DNA of 64,000 nt from Nitrospirota bacterium. GTDB lineage: Bacteria > Nitrospirota > UBA9217. The stretch is taken from NCBI GenBank assembly GCA_963737155.1, contig CAVTRN010000001.1, positions 640,001-704,000 on the forward strand, written 5' to 3'. Both the position numbers and the translations under genes were made by a program. The notes beneath the pieces were generated by a model. The model was not told the DNA's origin and did not search any database. It worked only from the letters and a program-made list of their open reading frames with translations. This document shows positions 19,954-30,335 of the stretch, in pieces; within the stretch, counting starts at the first letter, position 1, and each line of letters begins with the position of its first letter.

Positions 19954-21420
19954 TTATCGTGTGATTCCAGCCCTTGCTAATGGAAACCTATTCCATGCAG
20001 CTTGCCAGATTTCCATAAAAGCCTTCAGTCGAAATACAAGGCATATACAAAAATAGATTAAACCTCCCGTCGCAATTTGTACTACGAGCCTGGACCACTG
20101 GTTGGGGAACTGCAGTAGCCCAACGGCATAAACTGCAATGCCCATTATTACGGATGATATGAGGTAAGGCAACAGGTCATGCACCTGCTCCCCGATCGTG
20201 TAACCTAGCAGAGTACCGTTGTAATAACTGTTCAAATAATAACTGATAATCGAGGTGACAGTCATACCGTAGATCATCGCGGATATGCCCCACCGCCAGG
20301 TGATCGCGATATTGATGACGATAATGATCTTTTTGATAATCTCAAGGCGTAGAAACAAGTCAGACCTCCCTAGAGCTTGCAGTACATTCAAATTAATCAG
20401 GTGCAATGGAAACAGCAATCCAAACAAACAGAGTATCTGCATGTAGGGAACACAGGGGACCCACTTTTCCGTCAGTAATACCTGCACCAGCGGACGAGAG
20501 ATAACCGCCAATCCGATCATCATGGGGAAATTAACCAATACCAGAATGGTCAATGCTTTTTTCAATCCTCTTTTCAATCGGGCCGGATCATCTTTGATGG
20601 TGGAAAATACAGGAAAAGTGACGCGTCCAACCATTGATGACAGCGTTTGCGTCGGGAGGTCACTAAATGTCTTGGCGCGGGTAAAAAATCCCAGATCTAC
20701 GGCCGAAAACAGCTTGCCGATTATTACATAATATATGTTGTCAAAAATTTGATTGAGTACACTCGAAAACAACAGACGTGACCCAAAACCAAACATTTCC
20801 CGCAGGGCATTGAAGCTAAGGATCAAGGTCGGCCTCCAGGAACTGAAAGACCAGAGACATACGACTCGAAAAAAAGCATTGGATATCTGCTGGATAACCA
20901 GGCTCCATACACCGAAACCAAGAGCGGCTAAGGTAATTCCTATTATACCGGACAGTGTTCCTGCAATCAGACTTACTTTAGTATGTGTTTTAAAATTAAG
21001 TTGTTTAGTGAGGATGGTATCTTGAATCATGCCGAATGAATTGATCACAATGGTCAGTGACAATGCCCTCATCAGTGATGTCAGAATGGGCTGTTTATAA
21101 AAAGTGGCAATCCACGGAGCAACGAGGTACAACAGGCCTACAACCACCAAGCCTACAAATATATTAAAATAAAATATCGAACAGATGTCAGTCTGCGTCA
21201 CCTCCCCTTTCTGAATCAGGGCGGCGCCAAATCCGCTATCAAGAAATGTTTGTGCTATTGCTATGAAAATCGTCAGCATCCCAATCAGGCCGAATTGCTG
21301 AGGAAACAGCAACCGTGCCAAAACAATCCCAATGACAAATTGCACGCCACGTTGCGCAACAGTCTCGAGAAGACTCCATAAGAGAGCATATACTGTTCTA
21401 TGTTGTAGATTATTCGTCAT
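19954..21420 (-). CDS. wzx: Polysaccharide flippase Wzx (WzxC-like)
   Basis: VLARLL.PQQFGLIGM, DSGFGAALIQK, GFGVWSLV, IIGKLFS..DLGFF, many transmembrane segments. Confidence 0.92.
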   Translation of the reverse strand: MTNNLQHRTVYALLWSLLETVAQRGVQFVIGIVLARLLFPQQFGLIGMLTIFIAIAQTFLDSGFGAALIQKGEVTQTDICSIFYFNIFVGLVVVGLLYLVAPWIATFYKQPILTSLMRALSLTIVINSFGMIQDTILTKQLNFKTHTKVSLIAGTLSGIIGITLAALGFGVWSLVIQQISNAFFRVVCLWSFSSWRPTLILSFNALREMFGFGSRLLFSSVLNQIFDNIYYVIIGKLFSAVDLGFFTRAKTFSDLPTQTLSSMVGRVTFPVFSTIKDDPARLKRGLKKALTILVLVNFPMMIGLAVISRPLVQVLLTEKWVPCVPYMQILCLFGLLFPLHLINLNVLQALGRSDLFLRLEIIKKIIIVINIAITWRWGISAMIYGMTVTSIISYYLNSYYNGTLLGYTIGEQVHDLLPYLISSVIMGIAVYAVGLLQFPNQWSRLVVQIATGGLIYFCICLVFRLKAFMEIWQAAWNRFPLARAGITR

Positions 21421-21542
21421 TTAACTTCCAGCCTCATTCTCAGTGCAAATATCGATGAGTGTCTGGCCCTTTCATGTCCCTACATTGTCTACAAGCTATT
21501 TTTCAGTGGAAACCCAGAATGCCATACACAGATCATCGTTAT

Positions 21543-22484
21543 TTATTTTAAGTGAGTGTTCTTTATAACCCTATACGCAGGAAAATAGTCGTTGTTGTGA
21601 GTCTCGCCTCGCTGACAAAGAGATTCATACTTTCCCCTATCAAAGACACGGCCACACAAATATACGGTGCGCTGATCGTTGGACCAGCCCCTTTTGAATT
21701 TGGCTAAGCCATTGTGTGAATCGTCTTTAAACCCAGCCGCCCCCCCCATATCGAAGTATCTGATACCTTGATCGCGAAGGTAAGCGAGCGTCGTCCATTT
21801 GATGCCATAAGAAGCTCCTATTTGGTATCCCTTGTTGCTGCAGGCAGACAAATGGCCGTAAGCATATTCACCGTTAATCAGGACCAGAGCTGCCCCAACG
21901 ATTTCTCCCTCGCACCTGCACAGAACCATGACCATCCCGGGGATCTCAAGCTGTGTCTTGAAGCATTTTCGAGAAAATATTCTGTTATCCTTAATATTGT
22001 GCCTGCGAATTAAGTTATCGTACAATTGTATCCATTCATCGAGGTATTTTGACGGTTTTTGGCAAACTTCAACTTCCATTTTATCAAGCAACTTACGAGA
22101 CCTTTTGCGATGATGCTGATTGATAACACTCTCCAAGGGATGTCCCAGATCGGCCACGTAGTGCTTCTTGAATGGTTTGACAAAATCAAAACAATGTTCC
22201 ATATAAGATGGGACGAATGCGGAGAATGGATCAGAAACTAGCACAAGTGATACAAGTTCGGAACCAAGATGTTCAATGTCTTCGTTAAGCTTCTTCCAAT
22301 TCAGGCATGCAAACAAGGGGTAACATCCGGTGGCATCCTTGTATGTTGTGCCGGGAATCGATCTTACAAGAACCCAACCACCACACCGCGGCAACTCCCG
22401 TGGTTCGCCAAATTCCCGCATAGAATCAGCATAGCGAGGATCGGCATAGCCCATAGTCTTTATAGCGAGTTTCAGATAATTCAT
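21543..22484 (-). CDS. GNAT / FemAB-like N-acyltransferase
   Basis: C-terminal YFDMGGAAG...GLAKFKRGW motif typical of FemAB-like/Acetyltransf_6 proteins in polysaccharide loci. Confidence 0.75.
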   Translation of the reverse strand: MNYLKLAIKTMGYADPRYADSMREFGEPRELPRCGGWVLVRSIPGTTYKDATGCYPLFACLNWKKLNEDIEHLGSELVSLVLVSDPFSAFVPSYMEHCFDFVKPFKKHYVADLGHPLESVINQHHRKRSRKLLDKMEVEVCQKPSKYLDEWIQLYDNLIRRHNIKDNRIFSRKCFKTQLEIPGMVMVLCRCEGEIVGAALVLINGEYAYGHLSACSNKGYQIGASYGIKWTTLAYLRDQGIRYFDMGGAAGFKDDSHNGLAKFKRGWSNDQRTVYLCGRVFDRGKYESLCQRGETHNNDYFPAYRVIKNTHLK

Positions 22485-22962
22485 CCTAAATTCAACATTT
22501 TAGAATCACATTCAGTCATTTAAAGCAGCCCGTCTCACTCATGGCAGAAGGGCTCGTGGGCATCGTTTCCTCTTTTTCCAGAACAGCTTGTACCACTCGC
22601 GCCTAGAAATGCCGGCATCTGATTCGCATCGGGTTAAAAGCCTGAAGCGCCTTCAACAGCCATGCTGTTTCGATTAGGTTGATCTATTGTAGTACGGAAA
22701 CCTTCGAAATACCTTATCAAATATATTAACGATAAGTGGGTGCTACTGCTATAAAAATCGTCATCTTCCCGGTCGGGCCGAAATACTCAGAAAACAGTAT
22801 CCGAACCAAAACGATCCCAATGACGAATTACGCACTCCTCGATGCAACAGCCTCGATAAAACTCCGGGAGGGAGTACATAGTGTTTCATGTTAAGACTAT
22901 CCACAATATTAACTGTTCCGGTCACAGTGTTTATCTGATCGAAATATGGAAATAAAAGCTTC

Positions 22963-24145
22963 TTAGACAGCGAAAGAGGCCCTCTCTCTGTTTTTGCCGT
23001 CAAAATGGGTTGCTTTCTTTGATACATTAAGATATTGGATGATATCACAAATCTTTTCGACATCGGACAGTTCCAGGCTGTCATAGATCGGCAGTGTCAA
23101 AATACATCCGGCCACCCGGCGTGCTACAGTCAAGGGGTCTGTCACTGAAACACTGCGATAGCAGGGGTAATCGCATATCAAGGGGTAGAAATATCGTCGG
23201 GCATATACATTCCACTCCTTAAGCTTTTCATACAGTGCATCGCGGCTCATTCCAAAATCGTTCTCATCCAATTCGATCGGCACATATGCATGGTTGAATT
23301 TTATATCTGGAGATAGCGCCGGCGCGAAACGAATACCGGGAACCTCCTTGAGTCGGGCCCGATATACGTCAGCAATCTTTGATCGCTTGCGTATGATTTC
23401 TTCAATGTACTCCAGAACCTGAATTCCCATCAGTGCTTGCATCTCGTTCATTTTTGCATTGGTGCCGGGCATGACGACTTCGGTCTCGTTTTCGAAACCA
23501 AAGTTTTTCAGATAATCGAATTTGCGCTGCAGCGCTGCCTCCTTGAAAATCAGCATTCCGCCCTCTATAGAGTGGAAAAGCTTGGTGCTGTGGAAGCTGA
23601 ACATGCTTAGGTCACCAAAGTGGGCAATCGACTTATTGCCAACCTTGACGCCGAAGGCGTGTGCGGCATCGTAGATGAGTTTTAAATTGTGCCGCCGTGC
23701 AATGTCGTCCAACGCATCAAGCTTGCACGGATGGCCATAGACATGAACTGCCAAGATTGCTGTCGTCCAGGGGGTGATTGCAGCTTCAACTTTCTCTGGA
23801 TCAAGGGTGTAATAATCAGGCTCTATGTCCACGAAGACAGGCCTGATTTTATTCCAGAACAAGGCGTGGGTCGTCGCAACAAAAGTAAAGGGAGTGGTGA
23901 TGACCTCCCCTGGAGATCTCCATCCCCTGCAAGGCTATCTGAAGGGCCAACGTCCCGTTATTGAATAGACAGACGTTGTTGCTTTCAAAGCTGTTGCACA
24001 ACTCTTGAGTAAAACGCTGGAGGATCGGCCCATTATTCGTGAGCCATTGGTTCTCCCAGATCTCACCAAGTCCCTGGCAGTATTTCTCCAACGGTGGTAA
24101 AAAAGGCCTGGTCACATAAATGGGCTTTTCAAAAGGTTTTATCAT
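22963..24145 (-). pseudogene. vioA: DegT/DnrJ/EryC1/StrS aminotransferase, VioA-like (dTDP-4-amino-4,6-dideoxyglucose synthase), split by one extra base near 23911 (possibly a sequencing error)
   Basis: N-part PIYVTRPFLPPL...WLTNNGP...NGTLAL and C-part YDAAHAFG, SFHSTKLF, PGTNAKMNE. Removing one base from TCC-AGG-GGA restores SGEVITTPFTFVATTHAL. Confidence 0.85.
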
Positions 24146-24223
24146 TAATCTCCTCCAGATGGCACGAACAAATGGGACAGGACACGTTAACGCTAGCTGA
24201 CCTGAAGCCGGTGGTCGGGGAAC

Positions 24224-25336
24224 CTATGCGTTCAGGTCAAATTCCTTAATATGCTGGGCGATATACTTTATTTGACTATCACTCAGCTCGGGATACATAG
24301 GCAAAGACAAAACCTCTTGTGATGCTTTTGTAGCCTCCGGGAAATCGCTACCATTGTGGTTTAAATAAGAATAAGCCTTCAGATTGGGTAGCGCTATGGG
24401 ATAATGAATGCCTGTGGATATACCTTTTGATTTGAGATGATCCTGCAGTTTCTGACGCATCTCCTTTTTTACGCGTACAATGTAAAGATGATACACTGCC
24501 TTCACATTCGCAAGTTCAATTGGCGTGACTAAGTCCGTTCCTTTAAGATTTTCATTATACAGGTAAGCGTTCTTTCTGCGCGCCTCTGACCATGCATCGA
24601 GATGCTTCAACTTGACCCCGAGTACAGCTGCCTGGAGGCCATCCAAACGGCTGTTAATGCCTTCCATTTCATGATCGTATTTGTCAACCCGACCGTGATT
24701 TGCGAACATACGTGCATTTTTTGCTAAGGCCTCATCGTTTACTACTATTGCGCCGGCGTCGCCGTAGGCGCCCAGATTTTTCCCGGGATAAAAGCTGAAA
24801 CATGCCATATCGCCCATCGACCCGATGATTCTACCCTTATAGAGCGCCCCATGAGCCTGGGCGCAATCCTCAACAATTTTTAAATTATGCTTCTTCGCCA
24901 GGGCGAGGATCGGGTCCATATCAGCAGGCTGACCGTAAAGATGGACCGGAATGACGGCCTTTGTCCGAGAAGTGATCTTTTTCTCGATCCTGCTCGTATC
25001 GATATTGTAGGTCTTCGGATCGATGTCAACAAACACGACCCTCGCTCCTGTCTGCGTTATCGCCTCAGACGTCGCAATGAAACTATTCGCAACTGTGATA
25101 ACCTCGTCACCTGCGCCGATCCCGAGTGCTTTTAAAGCGATAAATATTGCATCGGTGCCGTTGCCGACGCCTATGCAATATTTCGTACCACAGAACTTTG
25201 CGAAGGATTCTTCAAATTTCGTAACGTGCTTACCCCCGATAAAGGCTGTTTCCGATACAACCTCTTTTATTGCTGAATCAATTTCATTTTTGATCGTTTC
25301 ATATTGGGCCTTTAAATCGACAAATTGAATATTCAT
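24224..25336 (-). CDS. DegT/DnrJ/EryC1/StrS aminotransferase (WbpE/FdtB-like)
   Basis: FVDLKAQY, GNGTDA, PVHLYGQ, EDCAQAHGA, FSFYPGKNLGAYGDAG, NSRLDGLQAA. Confidence 0.94.
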   Translation of the reverse strand: MNIQFVDLKAQYETIKNEIDSAIKEVVSETAFIGGKHVTKFEESFAKFCGTKYCIGVGNGTDAIFIALKALGIGAGDEVITVANSFIATSEAITQTGARVVFVDIDPKTYNIDTSRIEKKITSRTKAVIPVHLYGQPADMDPILALAKKHNLKIVEDCAQAHGALYKGRIIGSMGDMACFSFYPGKNLGAYGDAGAIVVNDEALAKNARMFANHGRVDKYDHEMEGINSRLDGLQAAVLGVKLKHLDAWSEARRKNAYLYNENLKGTDLVTPIELANVKAVYHLYIVRVKKEMRQKLQDHLKSKGISTGIHYPIALPNLKAYSYLNHNGSDFPEATKASQEVLSLPMYPELSDSQIKYIAQHIKEFDLNA

Positions 25337-26313
25337 GCTTCCTCCATTGCAGTATGTAACTTCGAAATTGCCAAACTATTATCGAAAACAAATCCTGTCT
25401 TTAAACTGTCCATGCTTAAAATAGCTTTTTCAAGTTCACTTGTATTTCTTACAACTTTTGTATAGCCCAGTTCTTCGAGTTTTTCATGTAAATCTTCTTT
25501 CATATCGCTCTTAGTGGGAAGTTCTCCGTATTGATAGTCCCTCGGCATCACGAGAAATTTTGTTCCATGTTTAAGGCATTGGGTGCTGATGCCTGCGCTC
25601 TCCTGCGTGATGACATATTGTGCATTCAAGATCAACTTGTCTATCTTTTCTGGCCCGCAAAAATCGAAGACTTCGACACAGTCCGAGCTGAACTTTGTAT
25701 ACCCTGCCTGGATAATCACTTTCTCCCTTATAACGCCTTTTCGTACAAGATCCTCGACCCCTTTTATCAGCCTGGTGAACTGCTCGTCTCTTGTACCCAA
25801 CGTGACGAATATGTATTTCGAATCGTGGCATTTGTCGTGGTTTTCCTGCTGTTTGAATATCGGTCCAATATATATAGCATTGGCATTTTTCGGATCTTTC
25901 CATTGCGTAAAGATCCTGTTCTTCGTTTTCAGCAAAAAAAGACCAAACTTGGACTGGCCCTTCACACGGGAAAACGTGTCGATATACATAAATTTTATCC
26001 TGAAAAGCCTTGTCAACAGATAAGGGATGAAAGCTGTCCTGCCCGATCCCGTCGAAAGCACATGCGTCGGCTTTTCTTTGGCAAATATTTTCAGGACCGG
26101 CACGATCTGAAATAAATAGGTCCACGGCTTTTTAAAGTGGGCCAGTTCCACATAGTACGCTTTTTCTTTCCTCAACTGCTCCTCGGTCTGGTTATTTCTG
26201 TTTGTTATCCAGAAGTGATCATAATAGCCGTAAAAGTCGGACAGGTTGGTCAGTTGTTCAAAATGTCCGCCTTTTGTGCAGACCAAGGCGATATTTATTC
26301 TTCGATTATTCAT
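25333..26313 (-). CDS. Fused PssD/Cps14F (Alg14-like) + PssE/Cps14G (Alg13-like) glycosyltransferase
   Basis: N-half LVCTKGGHFEQL...VLSTGSG...YIDTFSR...FTQW. C-half IFVTLGT...FTRLI...IIQAG...VITQESAG...MPR. Confidence 0.82.
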   Translation of the reverse strand: MNNRRINIALVCTKGGHFEQLTNLSDFYGYYDHFWITNRNNQTEEQLRKEKAYYVELAHFKKPWTYLFQIVPVLKIFAKEKPTHVLSTGSGRTAFIPYLLTRLFRIKFMYIDTFSRVKGQSKFGLFLLKTKNRIFTQWKDPKNANAIYIGPIFKQQENHDKCHDSKYIFVTLGTRDEQFTRLIKGVEDLVRKGVIREKVIIQAGYTKFSSDCVEVFDFCGPEKIDKLILNAQYVITQESAGISTQCLKHGTKFLVMPRDYQYGELPTKSDMKEDLHEKLEELGYTKVVRNTSELEKAILSMDSLKTGFVFDNSLAISKLHTAMEEA

Positions 26314-26346
26314 GGTCGGTTTTTCACGCTCAGCAGTTGGGCGAAA

Positions 26347-27324
26347 TCATTGCACATTGGCGGTTGCCAGGATTTCGACCACTTTCCTGGCATGTTCCAC
26401 GCCTGTCAGGCATTTTGTTCCATTCTGAATACAGTCTATAAAATGATCCAGTTCCACTTTCAAGGGTTCCTTGAAATCGATTTTCGGAAGTAAAACATCC
26501 CCGGATCTATGGTCAAAGACAGGCAATTGCGAATCACCGGCCGAAGCCTTCCTGTCTATCCCCTTATCGTATATAGCGATTTTGTCCTCCGCCATGTCGT
26601 CGTACACCACCATTTTTTTGGACCCGACAACGACCATCGAGCGGACCTTTAAAGGGTCCAGCCAACTGACATGGATATTTGCCATGACCTTCTTCGGATA
26701 CTTGATGCTCATGAAGACCACGTCATCGATGCTGTCCTGAATATAATCGGCTCCCCGCCTGACCACGGAAAGCGGCTCCGGATCCCCGAGCCAGTATTGA
26801 ATGACGCTGATGTCGTGGGGAGCCAGATTCCACAGGGAATCGACATCGGACCGGATCTTGCCGAGATTCAACCTCTGGCTGTAGATATAGCGGACATCTC
26901 CGAGTTCCGCCGATTCGATCAATTTCTTTACGTACCGCACGGCGCTATTGAATAGAAAGGTGTGCCCTACCATAGCAACACGTTTCTTTTCATCCGCGAG
27001 CCTTCCGATCGCATCAACCTCTGCTACGCTCCGGGCCATCGGCTTTTCGATCAAGATGTGCTTCCCTGCAGCAAGCGCCCGCATGGCAAGGTCAAAATGC
27101 GTCGCTACAGGAGTTGCAATTACGATGGCTTCTATCTCAGGATTTTGGAGGACTTCGTCAACATCACCGGTGACCGTTATAGCGGGATATAGGCCTCGTA
27201 CGAAGTCCCTCCTTTCAGGTGAGAGCTCCGCGACCGCGGATGTCGTACACCTTTTATTGGCCACCAGATTTCTGAGGAGATTTGGTCCCCAGTAACCTAC
27301 GCCGATTTGTGCAATCTGAACCAT
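26347..27324 (-). CDS. Gfo/Idh/MocA NAD-dependent sugar oxidoreductase
   Basis: IGVGYWGPNL, IATPVATH, EKPMA, VGHTFLF, WNLAPHD. RBS AGGAGG. Confidence 0.93.
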   Translation of the reverse strand: MVQIAQIGVGYWGPNLLRNLVANKRCTTSAVAELSPERRDFVRGLYPAITVTGDVDEVLQNPEIEAIVIATPVATHFDLAMRALAAGKHILIEKPMARSVAEVDAIGRLADEKKRVAMVGHTFLFNSAVRYVKKLIESAELGDVRYIYSQRLNLGKIRSDVDSLWNLAPHDISVIQYWLGDPEPLSVVRRGADYIQDSIDDVVFMSIKYPKKVMANIHVSWLDPLKVRSMVVVGSKKMVVYDDMAEDKIAIYDKGIDRKASAGDSQLPVFDHRSGDVLLPKIDFKEPLKVELDHFIDCIQNGTKCLTGVEHARKVVEILATANVQ

Positions 27325-27668
27325 TATACTACCTCCTTAAACTAAGATTACTCGTTTGATAATCATAGCTCTTGATGATAAGTCTTTTCTTTCTATGAGT
27401 GCTGATGTTCATATTCCTTGATACTGATCTGATCATGAAGATCTGGGCATTAGAAGTACCCGTTCCGGTGCAGGGTTAAACACTGTCACCATAGCTGCCC
27501 TGCCTTTGCGTTGTCGTTGTCGGTATTGCCGTCGTGACTCGGTCGAAGAAACATTAGTCGTCGTGCGCTAACCAAGTCTGATTCCACGTCGAAAAACAGC
27601 CCACCTTAGAATGTCCCCTGAACCACCAATACGGAATCAGCAAATATATTTAAATGCAAATTTAGCCT

Positions 27669-29267
27669 CTAATTGAACTTGGTAACGCTTATTCCTTGAA
27701 AATGCCATGTCGAAATAACATCCCTTTTCTGCATTAAGTCGTTGAATACTATCCTGTCCGGATCGAATAGATCTTCTCGCCTGGTGATTAACCAGATAGG
27801 TGATTTACCAGCAATAGCGTTGTTTATTGAGGGAACATCTGAAGGCTTTATCTCGTCATCGTAAAAAGGATGGTCAACTCGGAGTGCTGGATGCAAATTA
27901 TTGTCAAATGGGTACGGCAAAGGGATGATTTGCAGATTATCGTTACTGTTTCTCTTCGCGTAATAGGAAAAAGGAAACTCGATATTATTTGGTACAAGCA
28001 AAACAACATCCCCATTAGCATGCTGGACCATTGTCTGCGCAACCTTGTCCCAAGGTTCCTTCTTATAATCAGTGTAATAGCTATTGTTCCATCTCAAGAA
28101 TATGAGCGTAATGATCATGACAACAAGTACGCGTTTTCGTGGATCGCGCATCATCATAATCCCTGCAGAAATGGCCACAAAAAACGGCACACTGACATAA
28201 ATCAGCGTTCTTTCAACAAAGATGGGCCGAAACAGAAAGCTGTACACGAGTTCCATCAGAATCGGCCCGACAATCGAACCTAGAATGAGAAGGGAAACAT
28301 AGGGACCGGAGTGTCTCCGGATATTCAACAACCCCGCAACGGCAAGAATGATAAGAAAGGTGAAGATTGCGATCTTCACGACATCGTTTACCGTGGCATG
28401 CCATGAGATTCCTTGTCCAAGAAGGAGTAGGATCACAGTATGCATGGCGGACATGACCGTAGGCGTCGGAATCGGAAGGGCCTCACTCATTGCCTGGGGT
28501 ATCAGAAAGACCAAGTATGGCGCCCATAGAAGGAATACTACGGCACTAATTGTCATCATATTGCCGAGGAATATTCTGTTGAACCGCAGCTGGAACAAGA
28601 ACCATGCCAGCATTATCAAATATAGCGTAAAGATGTATAAGACTGCGGTATCGTGGATCCAAAGTGTAAAAGATATGGCGACTGCTATGGTCAACCAAGG
28701 TAGGAAATGAGACCATATTATTCCATATTTTGCGTACTGCTTTACGTCTGACTTCTTTCTGATTATGGGTTCGCAGGCTTCAGCCGGGTTGCGAATAATC
28801 CAAAGAAATGTACACAATGTCAACGTTGTGGCAAAGGTGAGCATTGCATAGGATCGAACCTCCTGAGCATACTGGATATGCACGGGGAATACAGAAAACA
28901 GTAATGCCGCTATTGCACCTATCCAGTTTCCCCCAATCGAATTCCCCATGAGTCTGCCGAGCATGAAGACTAAAAAAATGCATCCGATGCTCATTATAGC
29001 AGACAAGCTTCGTAAACCTGCCTCGCTCGACCCGAATAAAATCCTCCATATTTTCAGTATTGTATAATAAAACGGCGGGTTCATATCAAATTGAGGAACG
29101 ATGGTCCAAAGCTCATGCATCGTTCTGCTTGAAAACCAATGACTATAGGCTTCATCAAGCCACAGCGGTTGCCCCCCAATATGATAAAATCTGAGAAAGC
29201 TACCTAGCAGTATTGAAAATACTAGTAAGTAACGATATGTGATTTTAATTTGTTTTTTTTCTTTCAT
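27669..29267 (-). CDS. GT-C membrane glycosyltransferase (family 39 / PMT / ArnT-like)
   Basis: LRFYHIGGQPLWLDEAYS, NPPFYY, SEAGLRSLS, HIQYAQEVRSY, multiple transmembrane segments and a periplasmic C-terminus. Confidence 0.85.
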   Translation of the reverse strand: MKEKKQIKITYRYLLVFSILLGSFLRFYHIGGQPLWLDEAYSHWFSSRTMHELWTIVPQFDMNPPFYYTILKIWRILFGSSEAGLRSLSAIMSIGCIFLVFMLGRLMGNSIGGNWIGAIAALLFSVFPVHIQYAQEVRSYAMLTFATTLTLCTFLWIIRNPAEACEPIIRKKSDVKQYAKYGIIWSHFLPWLTIAVAISFTLWIHDTAVLYIFTLYLIMLAWFLFQLRFNRIFLGNMMTISAVVFLLWAPYLVFLIPQAMSEALPIPTPTVMSAMHTVILLLLGQGISWHATVNDVVKIAIFTFLIILAVAGLLNIRRHSGPYVSLLILGSIVGPILMELVYSFLFRPIFVERTLIYVSVPFFVAISAGIMMMRDPRKRVLVVMIITLIFLRWNNSYYTDYKKEPWDKVAQTMVQHANGDVVLLVPNNIEFPFSYYAKRNSNDNLQIIPLPYPFDNNLHPALRVDHPFYDDEIKPSDVPSINNAIAGKSPIWLITRREDLFDPDRIVFNDLMQKRDVISTWHFQGISVTKFN

Positions 29268-29402
29268 ATACCATTGCGTTGAACTATTATCTTGGGCAAA
29301 ATATCCAGTTCATGTTGAGCAAAATCACATTCAGCAAAATATATTTCCACTCTTTCTCCGGGGACACTGATAATATTATTTAATCGCATCAGTCGCCCTC
29401 TA

Positions 29403-30326
29403 TCAGACAATGTCAACGCATTGAAGCTTGGCAGTCAGTGCTGGAACAAACTGCATGACGTCGGCCACTACCAGAACATCGGCAATCTCCCCAATGGGGG
29501 CATCCTTATCCTTATTGATAGCGACGATGAAGTCGGACTTTTTCATTCCAACCACATGCTGGATTGCGCCGCTGATGCCGCAGGCTATGTAAAGTTTGGG
29601 ACTAACCGTCTGGCCGGTGATGCCAACTTCCTGGCTGTATTTAACCCAGCCAGCATCAACTACAGGCCGACTGGCCCCGAGTTCGCCTCCGAGTATCTTA
29701 GCAAGTGTGGCGATAACGGGTATGTTATCCTTCTTGCCAACTCCCCTGCCAACGGCAACAATCACCCTGGCCTTAGCAAGGTCAACATCTTTGGGTTCTG
29801 CAGGCTTATAGTCGATAAACTCAACAGCACCTGTGCCATCAACATCCAAGCGCTGCACCTCCGGGGTGCCACTCTGTCGCATAACTGGGAACGCCCCCGC
29901 TTGAATTGTCAGCACCGCTTTGCCACCTGTTGGCTTGACGGTACGCAGCATTTTGCCGTTGCAGCACTTCACCTCGAAGTTGCCATTTTTCAACCCGACG
30001 ACCGCCGAAATCTGGCCCATTCTAATATTGGCAGATACACGAGGCGCCAAGTCCCAGCCGTAGGATGAATGGATAAAAACAATGTAGTCAGGCTTTTCCT
30101 TCTCTATTGCCTGTAAGACCAGTTTTTTGTGCAGGTCAGGGTTATAATCGCTGTATTTCGCGGTTTCCGCCAGATAGAGCTTTCCTTCGTATGCAGGAAG
30201 CTGGTTAACGTTGCCGACGAGTACCATGGAAGTCTCGCCCCCCAGTTGCTCTGCAAAGCCAAGTAGTTCATACGTTGACTCAAGGAGTTGCCCTTCCCGG
30301 TATTCCGCAACTAATAACAGTTTCAT
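29403..30326 (-). CDS. etfA: Electron transfer flavoprotein alpha subunit
   Basis: VAVGRGVG, LGASRPVVDAGW, VGITGQTVSPKLYIACGISGAIQHVVGM, AINKDKDAPI. Confidence 0.96.
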   Translation of the reverse strand: MKLLLVAEYREGQLLESTYELLGFAEQLGGETSMVLVGNVNQLPAYEGKLYLAETAKYSDYNPDLHKKLVLQAIEKEKPDYIVFIHSSYGWDLAPRVSANIRMGQISAVVGLKNGNFEVKCCNGKMLRTVKPTGGKAVLTIQAGAFPVMRQSGTPEVQRLDVDGTGAVEFIDYKPAEPKDVDLAKARVIVAVGRGVGKKDNIPVIATLAKILGGELGASRPVVDAGWVKYSQEVGITGQTVSPKLYIACGISGAIQHVVGMKKSDFIVAINKDKDAPIGEIADVLVVADVMQFVPALTAKLQCVDIV

Positions 30327-30335
30327 TTCGGCCTC

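Noticed and set aside
23905-23915. Programmed +1 frameshift at TCC-AGG in the vioA-like gene
   Set aside because: I know no precedent in this family, and the CCWGG context makes a sequencing error or simple mutation more likely.
29314-29329. GTTGA-N6-TCACA, and similar 8/10 CRP-like matches at 14321 and 7862
   Set aside because: A few such matches are expected by chance in this much intergenic DNA.
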